A stretch of DNA of 64,000 bases from Stegostoma tigrinum (Eukaryota): the NCBI RefSeq assembly GCF_030684315.1, contig NC_081378.1:35016252-35080251 (forward strand). Reading direction: 5' to 3'. Under the pieces are notes generated by a model. It saw only the letters and a program-made list of their open reading frames with translations. It was not told the origin of the DNA and made no database searches. Below are positions 50,190 to 64,000 of the stretch, piece after piece (the stretch's first letter is position 1; the number at the start of each line of letters is the position of its first letter). Both the position numbers and the translations under genes were made by a program.

Positions 50190-53100
50190 TTTTCTACCAG
50201 TTCCTCATGGCCCTCAACTCCCCGATATTTCAAGTACCTCATCTTTTAAATACTCCTGTTGACTATCCTTCATAAATCCGTGAAAAGGAATTCCCAACAT
50301 TCATTGCCCACAGGGAGACACACCTTTGTATTTCAGTTTAAATTAATATCCTGTTATTTTGTAAATGGGTGTCTGCTTGTTTGGGATTCTGTCATTCGTA
50401 GAATTGACCTCATTTTGAGTCTCTCAGAATTCCTCGTATTTCAATATCCCTTAGAATCTTGTGCGTTTCAATAAGATCACCCCCGGTTCCATGATGTGGA
50501 AGTGCTGGTGTTAGACTGGGTTGGACACGGTCCAACCTGTTGAAGGAGCAATGCTCTGAAGGCTAATGTTTTCAGTTAAACCTGTTGGACTATAACCTGG
50601 TGTCTTGTGATTTTGACCTAACCCTAGTTTAGCTGTTTTTGATAGATCAACCCAATTATGAGTCTACCTTGTAAATTTCTTGAACTGCCTCCAATGCTAG
50701 TAAATTTTTTGTCAAAATGGAGATTAAAACACAGAACTCCTGATGAAGCTCACCAACGACCTGCATCAGGCGTAATAAGCCTCCATCATTTTCACACTCC
50801 AACACCTGGCAATAAAGGCTGAAATTTGTTTTGTTTAATTACTTGCTTCACATGCTTGCTAATTTTTTGTTTCATGTGGAGGAACACTCAGATTCCCCGA
50901 GTGCTGCATTTTACTTTGCGGATTTTTTTCTCCATTTAAATTTAGCTTGCTTTTGATTCTTCCTGTCAAAATGCGTGGCCTCTCACTTTCCTACATTCAG
51001 CTTCAACTGCCAAGTTTTTGCCCACTCACTCACCTAATCAATATCCCCTTGCAGATTCCTTACATCCTCATCACAACATGCACCCCTCTCCGCCTACTTC
51101 AGTATTGTCAGTAATTTAGGCACATCACACTCTGTCCTGCATCTCCAAGCTGTTACAATAAGTAATTGAGCCACAAGAACGGACCGTTAGGACACTCCAC
51201 TAATTATATGTTTCCAACCTGAAAAGAAACCCCATGAATCCTGACAATCTTCTGTGCGTTAACCAATCCTTAATCTGTGATTATTACGTTGTCTCCAATA
51301 CAGTGAGCTCATTTCTTGTGCAATAACTTTTAATTTGCTACACTTTAATAAATGCCTTGAAAATCCAACTATACTAAATCTACCATTCCACCACCTCTTT
51401 TCCCCCCCCCCCCCACCCACCCTCGCTATGTTTAGTCAACTCTGCTTGCAATATCTTCAAGGAATTCTGGCAAGTTTGTCGAACATGATTTACATTTCAA
51501 AAAAACCACGTTGGCTGTATTTAATTGCATGAAGCTTTTTGAAGTGATCTGCTATTTCACCCTTAATAATGGACTCTAGCATTTTTCCAATATCAGATTT
51601 TTGCCCTAACTAGCCTATAGGTTACTGTTTTCTGTCTCCCACTTTTCTCTAATAGGGGCATCACAGTAGTGATTTTCCAGTCGACTTGTTGTGTAATGTT
51701 TCAACTAATGTGTCTAGCATCTTTGCAAGCACTTCCTTTTGAGACTCTTGGACGCAGACCTTTTGAATCATGCAGTCTAATTTGCTTTCAGTCCTAATAA
51801 GTTGTCAAATATTTTGTCCCTCACAATAGAGACAGTTGCATATTCTTTTCTACCTATAGCAGCTTGCTGATTAATATCTTTGGGATGTTTACAGTGTCCT
51901 CTGCCATGAAGATGCATGCAAAATATTGGTTATAAATTATTTGCCATTTCTCTGTTGCCCATTATCAATTTCGCAGTGGCATCTTTCAAGTATCCCATAC
52001 AGTTTAGCTGCTGTATTTCTTCCAGTGTACCTGTAAAAGCTTTTGCGGTTTGTTTTATATTTCTTGCCAATTTACCTTCATAAACCGTTTTCTCTCAGTA
52101 CTAACTTTTGTAGTCATCTTTTACTGGTTCCTGAAACAAATTCCGAATCCTGAGGCCTACCACTAATTTTTGCTGTTTTGTATGCTTTAATTTTTCAAAA
52201 TTCTCCTCAGCCATCTTTGTTAACCACAGGTGTTTCAACCTTCTCAATTTGTCTTCCTTTTCGACTGGAATAAATGTTTGCTGATTCTTATGAAATATAT
52301 TGGTAAATGGCAACTATTGCTTATCTACTGACCTTCCTCTTAATCTACTTTCCCAGCTCACTTCATATAACTCCTTCTTTATGTCTATACATTTGCCCTT
52401 CTTTAATTTGAGGACCCCAATTTGTTATTCCTCAAACTGAACTTGAAATTTTACCAGTTGTTTGCTACATGTTAGAAGACACTTAATTACAAGAATTCTT
52501 GTTGTACTGTACAAATCAAATTTCTATAAAGTTAGCAAATCTAAAATTGCCTGTACCTGACTAGTTCATGCAATATATTGCCCTTGAATCTCAGTTGCAC
52601 TCAAATTTATCTCCAATATTACCCCTCTTGATCTGATCGGTCCTGTCCATATGCAGATTAAAATTACCCACGACAATTGTAGTGCCTTTATCATGCATCT
52701 CAGTTATTTTCCAGTTTATACTTTGTTTTATTTTTCTAGGGACTTGGAGATGACTTCCAATCACAACTTCTTTCCACCCCACCTGAGTTCACATCACAAT
52801 CTACTTGGGACACTACTCCCCACACACTGATTCCTTTATCAATAAAGCTTCCTCATTATCTTTTTCTTTTTGCCTATTCTTGTGGTGCATCAAATACCCT
52901 TGGATATGAAGTTTCCAATCCGGGTCCCTTTACACCTATGTCACTGTAATAACCATCAAGTCATTTATTTATTTCTATTTGTGCCCTCGACTTATCTATC
53001 CTGTTACAATACTGTGCATTCAGATAAAGAGCCTTCAACTTTGACCATATTTATTTAGTCAGGTTGTAATTTCTGCTGCACACTTTTTCATGTCTATTTT

Positions 53101-54120
53101 TCCCCCTTCCTGTCATATTGTGATTATGGTTCCATTGTTGTCCTGCATCTTTGCTCTCTGCTTCTTTCTGATTTGTTAAACTTGCTTCAAGTTGAAGCCC
53201 CTAACCCCATGAATTTGTTTAAGCCCCTACCTACTCACCGTTGTTATACATCTTCCAGGATCCGGGACCCAGCATGGTTCAAGTGAAGATCTTCCCAATG
53301 GACCAGCTCCCTTCTTATTCAGAGCTGGTGCCAGTGCTCCATGAATTGGAACCCGTTTCTTTGAGACCAGTCTTTGAACCACAGATTTACCTGCCTGTCC
53401 CATGCCAATTTGCATGTACTTCAGGGTAGTGATCTTGAAATCATTGCTTTTGTGATTCTGCCATTAAATTGAACCTCAACTTGCTCATAATCCCTCAGTA
53501 GAAACCTTGTTCCTAGTCGTTGGTACCAGTGTGGAGCACAATAGCCTGATCCTCCGTCCCCACTCCAAATAACCTTCCAGCCAGAAGAGATGACCCAAAC
53601 CCTGGCACCAGGTAGACAACATAGGCTACAGTATGTTTTGTGTTTGCTGAAGGGAACAGTATCTATTCTCCTAACTGTGCACTCTATTATTTCTACATTC
53701 ATGTTTACTCTCCCACTTTAATGTCACCCTATGCACCATGGTGCTCTAATCAGTTCACCCATCCTCCCTGCAATCTGTGCCCTTGTCTCCACTGGGAGAA
53801 AGGACATTTTACCAATCAGATAAGGGTACTGCATGAGGCTACGCAAAGCTAATTCTTGATCTCAGAGTCTGCTTCATTTTGAAGTCATACCCTTGTCCCT
53901 GATCACAGACTAAACTTGATATTGTCAGTCTAAAGGGTGTCACTGTCTGTTGGAGGAGGAGAGCTTCCAAGCTTCGTGATGTGTTGTAGTGCCTGCAGCA
54001 CAGACCCTAACTCATTAGTTCCAAGCTGAAATTCCTTGAATAAGCTATGCATTGCTACTGTGGTCACTGAGATTGTACGTGTATCTATCAGCTCTTGCAA
54101 GCTGCAGGTGTGAAACATCG
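50190..54120 (-). mobile_element. Long degenerate CR1 LINE (ORF1 esterase-like and ORF2 remnants)
   Basis: CCLPGARV (CR1 ORF1-like) in 53421-53702; IVVGNFNLH (APE GDFN-like) in 52591-52782; CR1-like 3' region toward 50.2-51 kb. Confidence 0.65.
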
Positions 54121-57100
54121 CCTAGCCATCTCTATTCTATTCAATTCATTAATTTGAATGTTAAATATTAGAAATGTGAGTTTTTTAACAATACTGCTGC
54201 TGTAATAACATCTCCTAAATTAAAGTGCTTAGCTGCTCAAAGGAGATACTGAAGAAATACCACTAATAACCTAAATCAGTGCTGACTTACATTGGCAGGC
54301 ATGATGGGCGGAATGGTCTTCTGCACCATAACAATTCTGTGACTCTTGGCAGCCCTAATAAGTCACTAGTACAAGGGCATTTACACGTGGAGAACAAATG
54401 CTGACCTTGCCAGCTCTATCCATCACCCGTACAAGAACAAAAAAAAATCTAAATCAGGAAGGAAGGGGAAAATATTCCTTCTGTAGCTGATACTGGCCTC
54501 ATCCAATGAAAGAGTAAGGGAAGCAATAGAGGAATGTGGAAAAATAACTAAATGGAAAGTCTTTGATAGAATGGAAGTCAGGAAATATTAAAACACAAGA
54601 GTTCCTGTTATGGAGCCAAAGGCACCAAATTTTGATTGGCTAAATAACATTTAAAAAAAAACAGAAGATGATTTTGAAGGTGGCATAATATGGAGGACAA
54701 TAAAGAGATACCATTCAAAAGCCAAATCCCAAGTGTTTGCTACTGAATCTTTTATAATGGACTCACTTATTATCCCCAGGCTGATGCCAGGCTAACTGGT
54801 CTATAACTCCATTTTCTCTTCACTAAATTTACATTTGGTCTTGCCAGTGTTGAGCAGACGGTGGTGTTGTTCTCGGGTTACTGCTAAACAACCAATGGGC
54901 CAAATTGATGGTGCATTTTCTATAATAATGTAGGTGAGAAATATTTTGGCAGATTTACAATAATCCTGATGGAAATTATTTGTAATGCAAGGTGGAGCAA
55001 CCCACATACCCCTACAAAAATTATTATTTGGAACTCATTGCCAGCAATAACGTGTATGCTGGATGTGGGCATTACTTTTCAGTCCAAAGAATCTGAACAG
55101 ATGGCCCAACCCAAGATAACGTAACACAGAAGGAAAGGGGTAATGAAGGCAATTTAATCGACATCAAAACATTTCAAAGTGGCACTGATTCAGAACTTTC
55201 TCCTGTTCTATTTTGGCTCTTTTTCAGTAATATATGCATACATGCCCTGGAAACTTGTAAAAGTTGAGCTTTATTAAATTTGAAAAAAATTGCAAAAATG
55301 CTGACAACATAGAATATCGAACATAGGGCTTGTACAGCACTCTACAGGCCTTTCGGCCCTTGATGGTTTCACAGGTCAGCACAACAATCTGAAGCCCATC
55401 TAACCTACACTGTTCCATTATCATCCATATGTTTACCCAATGACCATTTAAATGCCCTTAACGTTGGCGAGTCTGCTACTGTTGTAGGCCTTACTACTTA
55501 GTACATGCCCTTACTACTCTGAGTACAGAACCTACCTCTGACTTCTGTCCTATATCTATCCCACCTCAATTTAAAGCTATGTCCCCTCATGCTAGCCATC
55601 ACCATCATCATGCGAGGAAAAGCTGAAATAAACAGCCTACGACTTTAATAAGACAGTCCTGAATGTGACAAATATGTTAAAATATTTTTGTCACAAGTTA
55701 TTCAATTGTGCCTTAAACTGCGAGTATATTCAATATTCCTACAGAGGTACAGTTTTTTTTGTTTAGAAATTTTATTCAGAAATTTTACAAGTGATACAGG
55801 GATCACAGAGGGTATCATTAACTTTTGATAATTTTGGTACATTTTTCATGAATTTTGAACTTTATATTTTGGCTTTACCATCATTTATGTCATCAAAACA
55901 AAGTGTGCTAGATTGTTGATGAGTGCACCAACTGCACAATATTATCTGAGAAGAAATGTGACAAATTATGGAAATGTTTAGAACTGACACTGTAGCTGTC
56001 TATGTGATACCATTCAACAACTATTTGGAGAAACCAGAGAGAGCAAAATGAAGATTCCCCTTTTTTTTTAAACAGCCTGCTAAGGTTATAATAAGTCAAA
56101 CTTCACAGAATAGATGATTAAGCCATACCCACCAAAAGAGAGTTGTGGGGGTGGTGGGTGAAAAACGAAAACCAGAAAAATTCAGTCTTATAAAATTCAG
56201 TCCAAGCTTCACATCCATAATTGCTGCCTCAGAATTTGCAACCCCAACAACTCGCCTTGCAATCCATAGCTTGGGACGCCCACCTAGCAAAGTATATATT
56301 TAAAGCATACATGTTGCAAATAAGACACATACAAAAGGTTGAAATGTACCCCTTTTGGTCATGAAGATATGTACTATTTGTCAAAATCAATATGAAAACT
56401 GGTGCAAGCCAATTTGCATTGTATTATGTCAAAGTCACTTCCTTGCGCGTTTGTTCTGAGAGCAAAATCCAGTCTGCTCATTTTGCAAAGTTTCTGTTGT
56501 ACAATAGTACAAAGAATTATCTTAAGATGCACTTATTTATGCAAGGCTTTTTGGTACCCATTAAAAAATATTTGATGGAATGTGGGGATTGTTGGCAAGA
56601 CCAGAATTTGTACTCAAAGCCTAATCTTCTTTCAAGGGTCACAGTGAACTATCTCCATGAACTGCTGTAGCTCATCAGTTGCAGGCATACCCAAAAAAGC
56701 TGCTGGGAAAGTATTTGGGAAAGTCCAGAATTTTGACCCAATGACACAATGGAATGGTGATATTGTTCCAAGTCAGTAGAGTGTGGCTTGGAAAAATCTT
56801 TGAGGAGGTGGTGGCATTTCCATGCATCAGCTGCTTTTCTCTTTATGGACATTCAAGGTAGCAGGTTTAAAAAGTGTTGTAAATAACACCTTGGTGAGTC
56901 GCTTTAGTGCATCTTGTAGATAGTATGCACGGCTACCACTGTATATCAGTGGTCTTTGACGTGCATGGCCACCTCTTTGATTGCACATGCAAATTCCATC
57001 TTCAGAATAGCTGGAAGAATACAAAATAACTCTACACAGTATAGTATCAAGAATGGTATTCTGTAGTTATTTAAGAGTCTGCTGTAAGTTCTACGCAATC

Positions 57101-59928
57101 ACACTTGAATAAGGAAACAATGTTTCGCGTATGGGGATTAAAATTTACGAACAGCCAATTTACAAACACTCGTACCTATATACATCGTCCTGTACAAGAA
57201 TGAATGAATAATAATTTTAAATATGTGACATATGTACATGTCCCTGTACTTAAGAACAGCTATTTTATGTTGCCCTGCATTGTGTTTCAACTTGCATACA
57301 AAATGACATGTGAATAGGCTCAACGGATCCTGTTCATAATCCATGAACTGTCTGTATGTATTAATCAAATGTACAATCTCCATATATAGATGGGGAGATG
57401 CTTTAAACTTAAAACAAAAATAATTACCGTTTATGTAGTACATTTTTGTAGGATCAGGATCATTTTAGAAAGACACTGGCGTAATGTTGATGTAACTGGA
57501 CTTTGAATATGGAATATCAGGATAGTACTCTTGGCACATGAGTTCAAATCCCCCTCAGCAGTTGGTGAAATTGAATTCAATAATAAAAGAATCTATGAAA
57601 AGATGGTCTAATGGCAACCATGGCAGCATCATTTGCTGAAAACACATCTGATTCACTGTTGTCTTTAGGGAAGGAAATCTACTGTTCATCTGGCCTAAAT
57701 GTGACTCCAGACCCACAGCGATTATGGATGACTCTGAACTGCTATCTGGGCAATTAGGGATGAGCAATAAATCCTGGCCTAGTCTGTTGCGCCCATAGCC
57801 CATAAATATAGTATTTTAAAAGACAACGGGGGGGAAAAAAGCAGGGGAGTCAGACTAATTGGATTATTGGTTCAGGAAGCTGATTCAGGCACATGGGCTC
57901 CATTGCCTCCTTGAGAGCGATATGGTTTTATGATCATTGGTTCTGAGAAACTTCTCATAACCTTTTAAAGTGAAAAACTTAAGCAGGCAACAGTGGCTGC
58001 CCATTTGTGAACAGCTAGATTCCATAGCACTAGTGAAATTAATTACTCAGTTGATTTTATGTGATGGTGATTGACGGACGTTTACTGATATGGTTGGTGG
58101 GGAAATCAATACTCTTAAGTGTGATGGAACTGTTGATACCCACCTGAACACTACACATGCAACAGCATGAGAATTATGAACAGGAGTTCACCATTTGACC
58201 CCACAAGCTTTAAGTTCATGGCTGATCTGATTGTGGCCTTGTGTCTCTTACTTGTCAGCACCTGGTAATCCTTGCCCTTCTTGTCAATCAAAAATCTGTC
58301 TATCTCTGCCTTTGCTGCTCTTTGCGAAAGACAATACCACAGTGTCATATTTCACTGGGAGTAAAGATTTATCCCGCTCCTGGTCTTAAATGGGAGCACC
58401 CTACTTTTTTTTTTAATTGTGTGTTCGAGTTCTAGACTTTCCGACAAGTAGAAACATCTCTCGGCATCCGCTGTGTCAAATCCCCTCTGAACTTGCATTG
58501 TTCAATAAAACCACCACTTGTTTTTCTAAACTCCAATGAGTATAAATGAACCTTCTCAATCTTTCTTTGCAAGGTAACCCCTTCAACTCAGGAATAAGTT
58601 GATTGAACCATCTCTGGACTGTTTCATTTGCAATTAAATACTTTCTGAAGTACAGAAACTACAACTTGACACAGTACTCTGGATGTGGTCTTCATGAAAC
58701 CAAGAGCAGTTGTATAAACACTGACCTAATTTTGTACTTGATTTCCTGCGTAATAAGCATTACATTCCATTTCCTTTCCAAATTACTTGCTGTATCTACA
58801 TACTAACTAATGCACCTCTGTTCTGTGGAGTTCTGCACACTCATTCCACTTGCTAAGAAGAATGTGAGATATAGCAAGACGAGTAGGCTAATGGCTGTGC
58901 TATTTGCAAAGATCTGCCCCAGGCATTAACTGCTGTTTTGTGCGAGCTCATCAAAGCCCTCAGCTCACTATTGTTTCAAAAATATGCGCACCTCTTCTTT
59001 AAATACTTTGTGTTTTATCTTCCACAGCTCTTTGGGGTAGAGAATTACAAACAATCATTACCCCTCCAGGGAGAAGAAAATTCTTCTGCATCTTGGTTTT
59101 AAATGAATATCCCCTTATTCTGTAACAATGTCACTTAGTCTGAGATTCCCCACTAGTCGAAAAAACTTCTCAAAAGTTGCCCTGTCAGATTCACTCAAGA
59201 TCAATAAGGTCTTTTCAATAAAATCACCCTTAATCCTTCCAAACTCCGAACAGATCCATTACTGTTTTTGAATATGGCTCAACTGTTTCATTTTAATGGG
59301 GTTTTTTACAATTTTAAAATTATTCAATTTTACAATTATTGAGAAATTGAAAGTCAGCATTGCCTCATACTTGCTTGATTGCACAAAAATATTATGAAAA
59401 CCCAAGAGAGACAATTCTAACTTATTCAAAAGTATTGTATCAAGTCAATGCTTGGTATACAAGTGATAATCAGACTAATGATGTATGAATAAGAAAAACA
59501 ATGAAAGTAATTGAGACAGAGGTGGGAAGAAACGTATGTGGGATTTATGCTAATATTTTCTTACTTTGAGAAGAATCAACTTCTGTCTGATCAAATGGCG
59601 TTACTCTGACGTTAAAGAAGAGATTTAAGGTTTTGGAAACGATGAATCTTAATCATTTATGTTCTAGTTAGGAAAAGAGCATTATAATTCTTGATGGTAT
59701 TGAGCAAATGGTCTATTATTGTGGGATTCACATGTGAACTGTACGAGTAAATGACATGATGAGGTTTAAATCTGTACGAGTTTGCATTTAAGAAAAAGAA
59801 CATAATCTCACATCTTTTAAGACATATGAGCAATACAAGTTGAACTTTTGTAAACCTAAGAAAACTAGTTCACAAGGTCACAGCCTCCAAAATATTTAGC
59901 AAATCAGTATTTTTTGAATTTCATTCAG

Positions 59929-60049
59929 GCAGCCTGTGATTTGCTTCGAAGAATAATCCGTATCTTGTACCTAAGTAAGCGGCTCCAAGGTCAGCTACAG
60001 GGAGGAAGCAGGGAAATCACTAAAGCTGCTCAGAGTCTCAATGAGTTGG
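59929..60049 (+). CDS. COG5: COG5 exon 6; gene continues beyond the window
   Basis: cattcag|GCA GCC TGT...TTG G|gtaagt; [40 protein letters not shown]; 121 nt. Confidence 0.95.
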
Positions 60050-60236
60050 GTAAGTAAATAAACCTTTTAGCTGTCTTAAAAAGTCAGTCACTGCTTCTAC
60101 TAAGTGCTTTTAACATTGTTATTTGATCTGTTTCAAAAAGTAGACTATTGGAATTGCAGCAGTGTCATCAACTCCATTTCATGAAACGCAACAGCCTGCG
60201 TAGATATATTTCCCTCTCCACCACCACCACCTATTA

Positions 60237-60560
60237 GGGTGGCACGGTGGGCTCAGTGTTTAGCACTACTGCCTCACAGTGCCCGTGACCTGGGTTCAAT
60301 TTCACCCTCTGGCGACTGTGCAAACTTCACACAGTCTCCCCGTGTTTGCGTGGGTTTTGTCCGGGTACTCTGGTTTCCTCCCACAGTCCAAAGATGTTCA
60401 GGCTAGGTGGATTGGCCGTGCTAAATTGCCTGTAGAGTTCAAGGATGTGTAGATTAGGTGGGTTGTAGGGGAATGGGTTTGGGTGGGTTGCTCCAAGGGT
60501 CGGGGACTTGTTGGGCCAAAGGGCCTGCTTACACATTGTAAGGATTCTCTGATTCTATTC
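60237..60560 (+). mobile_element. tRNA-derived V-domain SINE (HE1-like)
   Basis: gggtggcacggtgggctcagtgtttagcactactgcctcacag...ggttcaattt head; body homologous to 6390-6680; gattct-like tail. Confidence 0.75.
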
Positions 60561-60940
60561 TGTGAACTCTATTCCACCTCGGGAGCCTACAGCCCAGTGG
60601 CCTAAATGAGGATTTTACTAGTTTCAAAATCTCCCCATCCCTAGCCTTGTCCCTGCCTCCTTGACCTGACACAACCTGCCCATCATCTCTTCCCACCTCA
60701 CTGACCAATCCTCACACTGCCTACGTGCAGTCACTTATCACCATCCAGCCTACCTTCCCCAGCCCCACCCCTTCTCTCTTTTATTTCTGAGCTCCCCTCC
60801 CCGTCCCCATTTCTGCAGAAGGGTACTCATCTGAAACGTCAACTTTCCTGCTCCTCCAGGGCTGCCTGGCCTGCTGTGTTCCTACAGCTCCACACTGTGT
60901 TATCTCTGACTCCAACATCTGCAGTTCTTGCTATCTCAGT
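60560..60940 (+). mobile_element. Older Neptune-like PLE 3' fragment
   Basis: Diverged similarity to the young family's 3' end; decayed hammerhead ctgcagaagggtactcatctgaaacgtc near 60813-60840. Boundaries approximate. Confidence 0.6.
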
Positions 60941-61048
60941 CTGTGTGGATACTTGTTTAGTGAAAACTAGGCCTTTCCAGGATAGTAGATGTTTGAGAAT
61001 ACAATGATATTATTTTAAGAATCAAGAAAAACATGCTCAGAAAGCAGT

Positions 61049-61694
61049 CACGAATCATTTCAACCCCCCACCCCCACCCCCACGCCTCCCATTCTTTAGA
61101 TGACATGTCCATCATGGGCCTCCTGTGGTGCCACAGTGATGCCACCCGAAGGTTGCAGGAACAGCAAATCATATTCCGCTTGGGAACCCTGCAGCCCAAT
61201 GGTTTCAATGTGGACTTCACCAGCTTCAAAATCTCCCCTTCCCCCACCGCATCCCAAAACCAGCCCAGTTCGTCCCCTCCCCCCACTGCATCACAGAACC
61301 AGCCCAACTCTTTCCCCCCCCCCCCCCACCCACTGCATCCCAAAGCTAGTCCAACCTGTCTCTGCCTCCCTAACCTGTTCTTCCTCTCACCCATCCCTTC
61401 CTCCCACCCCAAGCCCCACTTGCATTTCCTACCTACTAACCTCATCCCACCTCCTTGACCTGTCCATCTTCCCTGGACTGACCTATCCCCTCCCTACCTC
61501 CCCACCTATACTCTCCTCTCCACCTATCTTCTTTTCTCTCCATCTTCGGTCCACTTCCCCATCTCTCCCTATTTATTCCAGAACCCTCACCCCATCCCCC
61601 TCTCTGGTGAAGGGTCTAGGCCTGAAATGTCAGCTTTTGTGGTCCTGAGATGCTGCTTGGCCTGCTGTGTTCATCCAGCTTCACACTTTATTAT
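61049..61694 (+). mobile_element. PLE 3' fragment (same family)
   Basis: GIY-YIG C-terminus plus 3' UTR; TSD ctcagaaagcagt at 61036-61048 and 61695-61707; degenerate hammerhead at 61604-61631. Confidence 0.88.
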
Positions 61695-64000
61695 CTCAGA
61701 AAGCAGTAGACCTGATTTAAAGATTTTGGGCTGAAGCAACTGTCTTTTTATAGGATGAAATCTAAGCTACGTGTCCTAACATAATAGTTTAAAATATTTG
61801 AAAAAATCTGCAGTGGAATGGCCATTATCACCTCCAAATTTCAGTTATTCAAATTATGACTAGTAGTTGATTTAATATAAAAATATGAATAAATGAAAGC
61901 TAATGAACCTCTGGTTCCACATAAGCCACAGCTCACAGGAAGATTTGTTTCCAAGATTAAATTTCCAAGACTCCATTGTATTTAAATTGGCACAAGACGA
62001 CGGCTGTAAGTTAGCAACAATAGTTTTTTTCTGCCACCCCCCCCTCCCCCACCCCCCGCCTTAACTACGGCATATTTCATTAAAAACACATTAATTTACA
62101 AGCATCATCTGTGACATCACGTTTTACTGGTTTCTGGTCTGCTATGTTATCCATTTGCCTCATAGAGACTAGAAGCAGGAGTTCGCCATTTTGCCCTTTC
62201 AGCCTGCTCTGCCATTCAGCATGATCCGACTGATAATCTCATCTCGACGCCAGTTTCTCACATTCTTCCCATGCATTTAGATGCCTTTTAAATCTAAAAA
62301 GACTATTTCTTCATTTGAATATATTTAGTAACTTGGCATCTGCAGCCTTCTATGATAGACAATTCAACAAGTTCACTACTGTTTGAATGAAGAAAGATTT
62401 CCTCGTTTTAATCCTAAATAGTCAATTCCCAACTAAAGGAAACATCTGTCCTTCATTTAGTCTGTATACCTTTTTTTAAAAAAAAAATTATACGTTTTAT
62501 TCTTCTGTCTGATTCTTTCAACCTCTGGTGAATACAGACGCTTCCAGTACTGACCTTGCCTGGCAAATATGCCCTCTTACACTAGTGAGCCAATCAGCAG
62601 CAACTGTGGGGAGAATTGGCCTGTGAATGGAAGTGTAGTTCCTGTCAAAGGTTGTTAGTTCCATGCATGGTACCAACTTTTTTTCCATTTGGCTGTTCTT
62701 TCATTCACTTTTGCTGGAATCACCTTGTGGGGGTGATATTGCTATCTGGCGCCATGAATTTGAATGCTGAGAGAGAGAACTAAGTCACTAAGACTAGACT
62801 GCAGAGCTTAAAAAGTTGAATGATCCTGCGAGGATGAAGAGATTTTAAAAGAGTTAAAGTCTTGGTGTGCAAGTAGTAGATTAAATTTGCAGGAGTTTGA
62901 AAGTAAACCAAAAAAAATTCAAGGCCATTTGTGAGGGTTTGGAGATAATCACTGATAGGAAAAAGTGAAGACTTTCATTGTAGACTTGAGTTCGAGCTTG
63001 TGAAGGGGTTTGGCAAGGAGACTGACGAGGGATCAGAATTGAACTTGAGATGGTGATGGCATGAACTCAGGGTTTCCAGAGTAGAAAGGATTCGAATGTA
63101 TTTTCTGCATAAAGCATGGAAATGTTTGTACATTTTCCTGATTATTATTAAATCTTAAGTACTTTTAATTTCTGAGTAACAAGATCAAGGTGGGGGTGCA
63201 GAACTGTATTTGGAACAATATTGGTAGAAACCATGGATTGCAGCATGCTGTAAGGTCATTTGACTCATCTTATACAGCTAAGAAGCCCTTTGAAACAGCT
63301 GTTCAATTAATTTCATTCATCTACTCTTCTTCCATAAGAACTAGGAACCGGAGTAGGCCATTCGGCCCTTCGAGCCTGTTCCGCCATTCAATAAGATCAT
63401 GGCTGATCTTTTCATGGACTCAGAACCACTTATCCGTGTTCTCACCGTAGCCCTCCACAGCCTCCAGTGCCCTGCTGAAGTTTTCCCTTTTCAAGGATGT
63501 TTATTCAAATTAATTTTATAACTTATTAAATCTGAATTGTGTTAGATTGCAATCCTGATTGATTATTTTTCTCTTTAGCCATGTTCCTTTATGTGGCCTC
63601 TAGTTGTCTTCCAATCATTGTGACAAAATATACATGTTATTGCTTTCTTCCTCTAACCTGTGCATCACCCAGACATGTAAGTTGGACAAGGTCAGGTACA
63701 GTTTGGACTAGCATTAAACAGTTATCCATTCAGTAGTTACAAAGGTTTTTCTTAATAAAGGCAGGGAAAATATGTGAAAAGAAGATTCTTTTAAAAAAAT
63801 GACTTTATTATGAAAATGAAATTGGACCCGACCTGTTTGTTCGAAATTTGAGTTCTGTCACCTCTACAGGCTCTTCATTCTGCCTGAGATGCGAGACAAA
63901 GAAGTGGATGGTAGTGGCAATCCTCTCCATTCCTTTGGCTCCTGGATTGTTAACTTTAGCCTTTCCCTGTCTGCTACCAGCAACATGTGTGAATTTAATT

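Overview
Eukaryotic, AT-rich, intron-rich vertebrate DNA. The repeat content suggests a cartilaginous fish, probably a shark (inference). Three genes were reconstructed by hand from GT-AG exons. BCAP29 (minus): probable non-coding exon 1 in a CpG island near 11.2 kb and first coding exon 3890-3981. DUS4L (minus): complete CDS, 6 exons, 948 nt/315 aa, 21667-37153. COG5 (plus): coding exons 1-6, 37662-60049, continuing beyond the window. DUS4L and COG5 are head-to-head across a ~0.5 kb promoter with a 31-bp-phased CCAAT array; the COG5/DUS4L/BCAP29 order matches human. Introns are full of CR1, RTE, Gypsy and SINE relics. The most striking structure is a young Penelope-like element (PLE; RT + GIY-YIG, Neptune-like) family, present as at least 11 insertions with target-site duplications of mostly 12-18 bp. 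Most are inverted hairpins, they carry a minimal hammerhead ribozyme motif, and their two arms end at two fixed sites about 33 nt apart, suggesting two-site twin priming. At least two other hammerhead-bearing PLE families are also present. Most ORFs in the supplied track are spurious or repeat-derived.
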